DNA of 64,000 nucleotides. Source: Eledone cirrhosa. Its lineage: Eukaryota. The position numbers and the translations under genes are program-made. The stretch lies in NCBI GenBank assembly GCA_964016885.1, contig CAXHJY010001552.1, positions 1-64,000 on the forward strand. Direction: 5' to 3'. The number at the start of each line of letters is the position of its first letter. Position 1 is the stretch's first letter. The notes beneath the pieces were generated by a model. It worked only from the letters and a program-made list of their open reading frames with translations, ran no database searches and was not told the origin of the DNA. Below, piece after piece: positions 54,473 through 64,000 of this stretch.

Positions 54473-55283
54473 TAGCAACAGTACCTAGCGTTGCCTGGGT
54501 AGGTAAAATAATATCTGTTTTGATGAAAAGGTGTTGATCTTAGCGACTGCTTCTCGATGACTCATCTATGGCCACACACAGGCCATGCGGGGGAGGGTGA
54601 TGATGACCTCTATCACAGAAACGCGGGTGACTGACGAAGGGGTATGCTGGGGGAGGGGGTTTCGAATTTGAAAGAAATCCGTTGAAAAATGTGGGAGCTA
54701 GAGCCGAAAAGGCGGGAATTTTAGCGAAAAGGTGGTATTTTCGAATATTTAAGCGGCTGCCACGCCGTTCCTGAACAAAAAATCCAAAATGTACAGCCAC
54801 TTTAAAACGTGAAATAATCAGATCTAGCGTAATGTAAAATTTGAACAAAGTAGGTTGATTAATGTGGGAGATAGAGCCGAAAAGTGGAAATTTGAGTCTA
54901 AAAGTGGTATTTTTGAATATTTAAGCGGCTGCCGCGCCGTCCCTGAACAACAAATGCAAAATATAAAGCCATTACAGGATATGCAATGATAAATTCTATT
55001 TTGCCTTAAAATATGAACGAAATCGGTGGCAAAATGTGGGAGCTAGAGCCAAAAATCTTATTTTTCGATACCTAAAAAAAGGTGACCCACCCCTATCGAT
55101 TTTTATCTGCAGAATGACCCCGGAATAAAAAAAAAAAAACGATACGCTGATATATAGAAAACACTCCCCGGTGATTAATCTATGAGCCTGTAAAGTTTCA
55201 TGAAAATCGGTCGTAAGATGTAGGCCCCTATAGGTAACACACAGACACACACACACACATACTTAATTTTATATATAAACAGA
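54472..55283 (-). mobile_element. Non-autonomous Helitron
   Basis: Minus strand: A|TCtgtttatatataaaattaagtatgtgtg...tacccaggcaacgctaggtactgttgCTAG|T, with internal subrepeats aaatgtgggag(c/a)tagagcc. Confidence 0.8.
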
Positions 55284-55284
55284 T

Positions 55285-55473
55285 AACGAAGGAGGTGTGG
55301 TAAGGAACAAGATGGACCATAACGCACCAGAGTACTCAATACTTAGGGTAGTAGAGTGGGTAATAGGAAAAAGTAAGACCCCGACGGCAGAGCTCAAGCC
55401 GTTTCGACGGCTATTTCTGGACTCAAATAGCCGTCGAAACGGCTTAAGCTCTGCCGTCGGGGTCATACTTTTT

Positions 55474-55476
<3 letters not shown>
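55285..55476 (-). mobile_element. Family A palindromic module
   Basis: Match to 26925-27121. Confidence 0.88.
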
Positions 55477-55516
<40 letters not shown>

Positions 55517-55527
<11 letters not shown>

Positions 55528-55867
55528 GAGATCAAAAGATGGTTAAAGGAGTTCTATGTATTTTGTTATGCGCATTTCAAAAACAAACATCATCATGCAA
55601 TAATATTTGTGTTTTCATCAGATAAAACAGGAGAACATGATATGAAGGCTAAAAAACACTTGTGGATAGTGCAGTTTTAAATCAACATATCTGATATGTT
55701 GATTTAAAACTGCACTATCCACAAGTGTTTTTTAACCTTCATATCACGTCTTCCTGTTTTATCTGATGAAAACACAAATATTATTGCATGATGATGTTTG
55801 TTTTTGAAATGCGCATAATAAAATACATGGAACTCCTTTAACCATCTTTTGATCTTATATATTATGT
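55517..55867. repeat. ~350-bp palindrome of family C modules, each arm with a complete HHR
   Basis: Centre aacatatc-t-gatatgtt (55692); HHRs at ~55755-55825 (+) and ~55560-55630 (-); a few inter-arm mismatches. Confidence 0.9.
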
Positions 55868-55948
55868 ATACTCCAGTCCTACAAACTGTAGAGTGCTTCT
55901 TATCCGATATCTGCATTGCTTTATTGTACTACAATAAAACTCACCTCC

Positions 55949-55981
<33 letters not shown>

Positions 55982-55990
<9 letters not shown>

Positions 55991-56368
55991 TAAACAAATA
56001 ATGAACAAACAATTCCTTATATTAAACAAAAAAAGTTCACTATTTAACGATCGTTTCTAGGGTATATATGTGTTATAATTGGTATGCATATTCAACAGAT
56101 CTATGTACAAAATTATACAAAATTATACAAATTATCAAGATTAAATATACATACCTAACACATATATACGCCGTCTTCAGAAATATATGTGTTAGGTATG
56201 TATATTTAATCTTGATAATTTGTATAATTTTGTATAATTTTGTACATAGATCTGTTGAATATGCATACCAATTATAACACATATATACCCTAGAAACGAT
56301 CGTTAAATAGTGAACTTTTTTTGTTTAATATAAGGAATTGTTTGTTCATTATTTGTTTAATATTTTAT
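55982..56368. repeat. ~387-bp palindrome (186-bp arms, 15-nt spacer) containing an HHR with a very long stem II
   Basis: The mirror ORFs 56068+ and 56282- confirm the symmetry. The spacer acgccgtcttcagaa is the reverse complement of ttCTGAAGAcggcgt. Confidence 0.92.
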
Positions 56369-56547
56369 CTTGACTCTGTATACCGTTTATCTTTCACCGA
56401 AAGTGGATTTTCATTACATCTTTTCTTTCCATGATATCCGGAATACATTGAGTTCTTCATACGGATTGGACACTACCGTAAACTCTTGGTAGATTTATCT
56501 ACATATATATATATATATATATACATATTTATATATATATATATACA

Positions 56548-56602
<55 letters not shown>

Positions 56603-56643
56603 TTATATATATATATATATACATATTTATATATATATATACA

Positions 56644-56681
<38 letters not shown>

Positions 56682-56687
56682 CATATT

Positions 56688-56724
<37 letters not shown>

Positions 56725-56823
56725 ATATATATACATATTTATATATATATATATATATATACATATTTATATATATATATATATATATATACATATTTAT
56801 ATATATATATATATATATATACA

Positions 56824-56859
<36 letters not shown>

Positions 56860-57698
56860 CACATACACAAATATATACGCAAGCACACAGATATATAGAC
56901 ATATATATATACACACACATATATATGTGCGTCTGTGTATATGTGTGTGTATGTGTGTGTGTCTATGTGTTTGTGTGTGTGTGTGTGTGATTATGTGTGT
57001 GTATGTGTGTGTGTGTGTGTGTATGTATGTGTGTGTATGTGTATGTGTGTATGTATGTCTGTATGTGAGTGTGTATGTGTGTATTTGTGTCTGTATGTTT
57101 GTGTGTATGTGTGTATGTATGTGTGTGTTATGTGTATGTGTGTGTGTATGTGTGTGTGTATATGTGTATATGTATATGTATGTATGTGTGTGCGTGTGTA
57201 TGTGTGTGTGTATGTGTGTATGTGTTTCTGTATGTGTGTGTATGTGTGTCTGTATGTGTGTATATGTGTATGTATGTGTGTATATGTGTATGTGTGTGTG
57301 TGTGTCTGTATGTGTGTATGTGTCTATTAGGACCAACTAGAAGAAAAGCTGGTTTCTCTTAAAGGCGGGAAAATTGGATAAATATTTGGTTTTGCTATTT
57401 ATATCTGAAGGGTGTTTTGAGAGAGGGGGAGAGGGGGAGAGGGGTGAGGGGAGATGGGGGGGGGGGTGAGAGAGGGAGATAGAGAGGGGGGCGAGAGTAG
57501 GGAAAGGGGGGAGAGAGAGAGATGGAGACACGGGAGGGGGAGAGATGTAGTGGATTAATTAACTAATTACATTGATATACGTTTATTTTTTAATTTGATT
57601 TTTTTTTATTTAATTTTTTTAAATATATTCCTTAACAGATTTAAATTTCGTTGAAAAAACTGAATATTTCAGCGATTTTAATACGTGGGAGGGGGGGG

Positions 57699-59730
57699 GT
57701 GTTGTTGGTGTTGTTGTTACTGTTGTTGTTGTTGTTGTTGTCTCTGTTGTTGTTACTGTTGTTACTGTTGTTGTTACTGTTGTTGTTACTGTTGTTGTTG
57801 TTGTTACTGTTGTTACTGTTGTTGTTGTTACTGTTGTTGTTACTGTTGTTGTTGTTACTGTTGTTGTTACTGTTGTTGTTGTTGTTGTTGTTGTTACTGT
57901 TGTTGTTGTTACTGTTGTTGTTACTGTTGTTGTTGTTACTGTTGTTGTTGTTACTGTTTTTGTTACTGTTGTTGTTGTTACTGTTGTTGTTGTTACTGTT
58001 GTTGTTGTTACTGTTGTTGTTGTTGTTGTTACTGTTGTTGTTGTTACTGTTGTTGTTGTTGTTACTGTTGTTGTTGTTACTGTTGTTGTTGTTGTTACTG
58101 TTTTTGTTACTGTTGTTGTTATTGTTGTTGTTACTTTTGTTGTTGTTGTTGTTGTTACTGTTTTTTGTTACTGTTGTTGTTGTTGTTGTTGTTACTGTTG
58201 TTGTTGTTGTTACTGTTTTTGTTACTGTTGTTGTTATTATTGTTGTTGTTACTTTTGTTGTTGTTGTTGTTGTTACTGTTGTTGTTGTTACTGTTGTTGT
58301 TGTTACTGTTTTTGTTACTGTTGTTGTTGTTGTTATTGTTGTTGTTACTGTTGTTGTTACTGTTGTTGTTACTGTTGTTGTTGTTGTTACTGTTGTTGTT
58401 ACTGTTGTTGTTGTTACTGTTGTTGTTGTTGTTACTGTTGTTGTTGTTACTGTTGTTGTTGTTGTTGTTGTCTCTGTTGTTGTTACTGTTGTTGTTGTTG
58501 TTACTGTTGTTGTTGTTACTGTTGTTACTGTTGTTGTTGTTACTGTTGTTGTTACTGTTGTTGTTGTTACTGTTGTTACTGTTGTTGTTGTTACTGTTGT
58601 TGTTACTGTTGTTGTTGTTACTGTTGTTGTTACTGTTGTTGTTGTTGTTGTTGTTACTGTTGTTGTTGTTACTGTTGTTGTTGTTACTGTTGTTGTTACT
58701 GTTGTTGTTGTTACTGTTGTTGTTGTTGTTACTGTTTTTGTTACTGTTGTTGTTGTTACTGTTGTTGTTGTTGTTGTTGTTGTTACTGTTGTTGTTGTTA
58801 CTGTTGTTGTTGTTACTGTTGTTGTTGTTACTGTTGTTGTTGTTACTGTTGTTGTTGTTGTTACTGTTTTTGTTACTGTTGTTGTTGTTATTGTTGTTGT
58901 TACTTTTGTTGTTGTTGTTGTTGTTACTGTTTTTTGTTACTGTTGTTGTTGTTACTGTTGTTGTTGTTACTGTTGTTGTTGTTGTTGTTACTGTTTTTGT
59001 TACTGTTGTTGTTGTTATTGTTGTTGTTACTTTTGTTGTTGTTGTTGTTGTTACTGTTGTTGTTGTTACTGTTGTTGTTACTGTTTTTGTTACTGTTGTT
59101 GTTGTTGTTATTGTTGTTGTTACTGTTGTTGTTACTGTTGTTGTTACTGTTATTGTTGTTAGTGTTGTTGTTGTTGTTACTGTTGTTGTTACTGTTGTTG
59201 TTGTTACTGTTGTTGTTGTTGTTGTTACTGTTGTTGTTACTGTTGTTGTTGTTACTGTTGTTGTTGTTGTTGTTACTGTTGTTGTTACTGTTGTTGTTGT
59301 TGTTGTTACTGTTTTTGTTACTGTTGTTGTTGTTACTGTTGTTGTTACTGTTGTTGTTGTTGTTGTTACTGTTGTTGTTGTTACTGTTGTTGTTACTGTT
59401 GTTGTTGTTGCTGTTGTTGTTGTTGTTGTTGTTGTTGTTACTGTTGTTGTTACTGTTGTTGTTGTTGCTGTTGTTGTTACTGTTGTTGTTGTTGCTGTTG
59501 TTGTTGTTGTTGTTGTTGTTACTGTTGTTACTGTTGTTACTGTTGTTGTTGTTGTTACTGTTGTTGTTACTGTTGTTGTTGTTGTTGTTACTGTTGTTGT
59601 TACTGTTGTTGTTGTTGTTGTTACTGTTGTTGTTACTGTTGTTGTTGTTACTGTTGTTGTTGTTGTTATTGTTGTTGTTGTTGTTACTGTTGTTGTTTTT
59701 GTTGCTGTTGCTGTTATTGTTGTTATTATT
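57699..59730. repeat. (TGT)n tract punctuated by TAC, ~2 kb
   Basis: Directly visible. Confidence 0.98.
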
Positions 59731-59930
59731 GCTGATCAGTAGAGCGTCAGACACCATGCTTCTCGGCATAAAGTTACGTCCCTTTATGTTGTAAGTTCAA
59801 GTCCCGCCGAGGTTAATTTTGCCTTACATCCTTACGGGGTCGATAAAATAAAGTACCAGTAATACACTGGGGTCGATCTAATCGTCTTTCCCCTCCCGCC
59901 AATTGTTGGCCTTGTGCCTCTACCAGAACT
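59731..59930 (+). mobile_element. tRNA-SINE (family of 44503/49202)
   Basis: agttcaagtcccgccgagg...catccttacggggtcgataaaataaagtaccag...ggccttgtgcc. Confidence 0.82.
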
Positions 59931-60663
59931 CATTATTGTTGATGTGGCTCACGACATATTTTGACGTGCAACGATCAGCGTTTAAATATTCTGTCTTCAA
60001 CCGCCACCTCCCCCTCCAAACCCACAACCCCATAACACCTCTTGCTCCACCTCCACCCCCACCTCCACAACACCTCTCCTTCCCCACTCCACCCGGCAAC
60101 ACCTCTCCCTTGCCCTCCACCCCCACCAACCCACAATGCCACCCCCACAACACCTTCCTGCCCCGCCCGGCAACATCTCTCCCTTCGCCTCCAACCCCTG
60201 CCCGCAATGCCTCCCACCACAACACCTCCCCTCCCCCCACCCGGCAACACGTCTCCCTGCCCCCTCCACCCCACCCCCACCTCCACAATGCCTCCCCCAC
60301 AACACCCTCCGCCCCTCTTATGTTACCACTAAAAATAATCTTGGGGATTAAAAGGAGAGAAGTATTTTTGGTGGGGTTTGGTACAGTGTCAGTGGCGGAA
60401 TGTGTCTGGTACCTCTTAGGTAAACACAGCTGAAGCCAATTCTATCACGTATGCACAAATTCTTCGACGTTTGCAAAAATCAATTGAACTCTCTCTCTCT
60501 CTCTTTCTCTCTGTGTATAATTTATATATCTATATATATATATAAATATATATATATATGTATATATAAATATATATATATATGTATATATATAAATATA
60601 AATAAATATGTATATATATAAATATAAATAAATATGTATATATATAAATATAAATAAATATGT

Positions 60664-60694
<31 letters not shown>

Positions 60695-60708
60695 AATATA
60701 AATATATA

Positions 60709-63700
60709 TATATATGTGAGTATAGACATAGAATATTCGAAAATATTCTGTATGTTTATAATAAACATTTTGAAGACCTAATCGCTATAGAATAGAATAC
60801 GTCACGTATTACAATTAGATTCTCGATAAAAGCAAGGGAAGTAATCTACGCGTTTCATTCTTGTTAGAATTCATCAGGACTACATATCCAGTGCTTTTAT
60901 CGAGAATGACACAGCTAGAGACTTATAGAATACTTAGCTGTGTACTGGAACTGGTTTGAAAGAGCGGTTGCCGGTCCGGCAGAAATTAGAAATTGGAATA
61001 AATGCTCTGAAATAGCGATATATATGTGAGTATAGACATAGAATATTCGAAAATATTCTGTATGTTTATAATAAACATTTTGAAGACCTAATCGCTATAG
61101 AATAGAATACGTCACGTATTACAATTAGATTCTCGATAAAAGCAAGGGAAGTAATCTACGCGTTTCATTCTTGTTAGAATTCATCAGGACTACATATCCA
61201 GTGCTTTTATCGAGAATGACACAGCTAGAGACTTATAGAATACTTAGCTGTGTACTGGAACTGGTTTGAAAGAGCGGTTGCCGGTCCGGCAGAAATTAGA
61301 AATTGGAATAAATGCTCTGAAATAGCGATATATATGTGAGTATAGACATAGAATATTCGAAAATATTCTGTATGTTTATAATAAACATTTTGAAGACCTA
61401 ATCGCTATAGAATAGAATACGTCACGTATTACAATTAGATTCTCGATAAAAGCAAGGGAAGTAATCTACGCGTTTCATTCTTGTTAGAATTCATCAGGAC
61501 TACATATCCAGTGCTTTTATCGAGAATGACACAGCTAGAGACTTATAGAATACTTAGCTGTGTACTGGAACTGGTTTGAAAGAGCGGTTGCCGGTCCGGC
61601 AGAAATTAGAAATTGGAATAAATGCTCTGAAATAGCGATATATATGTGAGTATAGACATAGAATATTCGAAAATATTCTGTATGTTTATAATAAACATTT
61701 TGAAGACCTAATCGCTATAGAATAGAATACGTCACGTATTACAATTAGATTCTCGATAAAAGCAAGGGAAGTAATCTACGCGTTTCATTCTTGTTAGAAT
61801 TCATCAGGACTACATATCCAGTGCTTTTATCGAGAATGACACAGCTAGAGACTTATAGAATACTTAGCTGTGTACTGGAACTGGTTTGAAAGAGCGGTTG
61901 CCGGTCCGGCAGAAATTAGAAATTGGAATAAATGCTCTGAAATAGCAGTACACAGCTAAGTATTCTATAAGTCTCTAGCTGTGTCATTCTCGATAAAAGC
62001 ACTGGATATGTAGTCCTGATGAATTCTAACAAGAATGAAACGCGTAGATTACTTCCCTTGCTTTTATCGAGAATCTAATTGTAATACGTGACGTATTCTA
62101 TTCTATAGCGATTAGGTCTTCAAAATGTTTATTATAAACATACAGAATATTTTCGAATATTCTATGTCTATACTCACATATATATCGCTATTTCAGAGCA
62201 TTTATTCCAATTTCTAATTTCTGCCGGACCGGCAACCGCTCTTTCAAACCAGTTCCAGTACACAGCTAAGTATTCTATAAGTCTCTAGCTGTGTCATTCT
62301 CGATAAAAGCACTGGATATGTAGTCCTGATGAATTCTAACAAGAATGAAACGCGTAGATTACTTCCCTTGCTTTTATCGAGAATCTAATTGTAATACGTG
62401 ACGTATTCTATTCTATAGCGATTAGGTCTTCAAAATGTTTATTATAAACATACAGAATATTTTCGAATATTCTATGTCTATACTCACATATATATCGCTA
62501 TTTCAGAGCATTTATTCCAATTTCTAATTTCTGCCGGACCGGCAACCGCTCTTTCAAACCAGTTCCAGTACACAGCTAAGTATTCTATAAGTCTCTAGCT
62601 GTGTCATTCTCGATAAAAGCACTGGATATGTAGTCCTGATGAATTCTAACAAGAATGAAACGCGTAGATTACTTCCCTTGCTTTTATCGAGAATCTAATT
62701 GTAATACGTGACGTATTCTATTCTATAGCGATTAGGTCTTCAAAATGTTTATTATAAACATACAGAATATTTTCGAATATTCTATGTCTATACTCACATA
62801 TATATCGCTATTTCAGAGCATTTATTCCAATTTCTAATTTCTGCCGGACCGGCAACCGCTCTTTCAAACCAGTTCCAGTACACAGCTAAGTATTCTATAA
62901 GTCTCTAGCTGTGTCATTCTCGATAAAAGCACTGGATATGTAGTCCTGATGAATTCTAACAAGAATGAAACGCGTAGATTACTTCCCTTGCTTTTATCGA
63001 GAATCTAATTGTAATACGTGACGTATTCTATTCTATAGCGATTAGGTCTTCAAAATGTTTATTATAAACATACAGAATATTTTCGAATATTCTATGTCTA
63101 TACTCACATATATATCGCTATTTCAGAGCATTTATTCCAATTTCTAATTTCTGCCGGACCGGCAACCGCTCTTTCAAACCAGTTCCAGTACACAGCTAAG
63201 TATTCTATAAGTCTCTAGCTGTGTCATTCTCGATAAAAGCACTGGATATGTAGTCCTGATGAATTCTAACAAGAATGAAACGCGTAGATTACTTCCCTTG
63301 CTTTTATCGAGAATCTAATTGTAATACGTGACGTATTCTATTCTATAGCGATTAGGTCTTCAAAATGTTTATTATAAACATACAGAATATTTTCGAATAT
63401 TCTATGTCTATACTCACATATATATCGCTATTTCAGAGCATTTATTCCAATTTCTAATTTCTGCCGGACCGGCAACCGCTCTTTCAAACCAGTTCCAGTA
63501 CACAGCTAAGTATTCTATAAGTCTCTAGCTGTGTCATTCTCGATAAAAGCACTGGATATGTAGTCCTGATGAATTCTAACAAGAATGAAACGCGTAGATT
63601 ACTTCCCTTGCTTTTATCGAGAATCTAATTGTAATACGTGACGTATTCTATTCTATAGCGATTAGGTCTTCAAAATGTTTATTATAAACATACAGAATAT

Positions 63701-64000
63701 TTTCGAATATTCTATGTCTATACTCACATATATATCGCTATTTCAGAGCATTTATTCCAATTTCTAATTTCTGCCGGACCGGCAACCGCTCTTTCAAACC
63801 AGTTCCAGTACACAGCTAAGTATTCTATAAGTCTCTAGCTGTGTCATTCTCGATAAAAGCACTGGATATGTAGTCCTGATGAATTCTAACAAGAATGAAA
63901 CGCGTAGATTACTTCCCTTGCTTTTATCGAGAATCTAATTGTAATACGTGACGTATTCTATTCTATAGCGATTAGGTCTTCAAAATGTTTATTATAAACA
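60709..64000. mobile_element. 310-bp HHR-containing tandem array (retrozyme-like/PLE pLTR multimer): 4 units on the minus strand, then at least 6.6 units on the plus strand; runs off the window
   Basis: Period 310 (tatatgtgag at 60711, 61021, 61331, 61641); inversion at 61946; units identical by eye; one HHR per unit. Confidence 0.93.
62010..62052 (+). ncRNA. Minimal type I hammerhead ribozyme (repeats at 62320, 62630, 62940, 63250, 63560, 63870 on +; 60841, 61151, 61461, 61771 on -)
   Basis: gtagtc-CTGATGA-attct.aaca.agaat-GAAA-cgcg-TA-gattac: perfect core, stems I and II, and a palindromic cgcg stem III typical of dimer-forming minimal HHRs. Confidence 0.9.

Noticed and set aside
57651-59794. 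Long poly-Leu/Val/Cys/Asn ORFs
   Set aside because: Trinucleotide repeat artefacts.

Overview
AT-rich, microsatellite-saturated animal intergenic DNA. The SINE families and (TA)n/(TG)n density suggest an octopod cephalopod (inference). I found no host protein-coding gene, and nearly all listed ORFs are microsatellite artefacts. The real content is: degenerate retroelements (Penelope-like elements [PLEs] of at least two lineages, RTE, CR1-like, R4/Dong-like), Helitrons, tRNA-derived SINEs, several minisatellite arrays, and many short hammerhead-ribozyme (HHR)-bearing modules inserted into (TA)n tracts. The most striking signal is a recurring architecture. Unrelated HHR modules appear as fold-back palindromes whose symmetry axis lies in or just upstream of the ribozyme, often exactly on stem II. 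The extreme case is an apparently sequence-identical 310-bp HHR tandem array that inverts head-to-head at ~61.9 kb and looks retrozyme/circRNA-like. A tRNA-headed element shows the same fold-back signature. All alignments and folds were done by eye, so boundaries may be off by a few bases.
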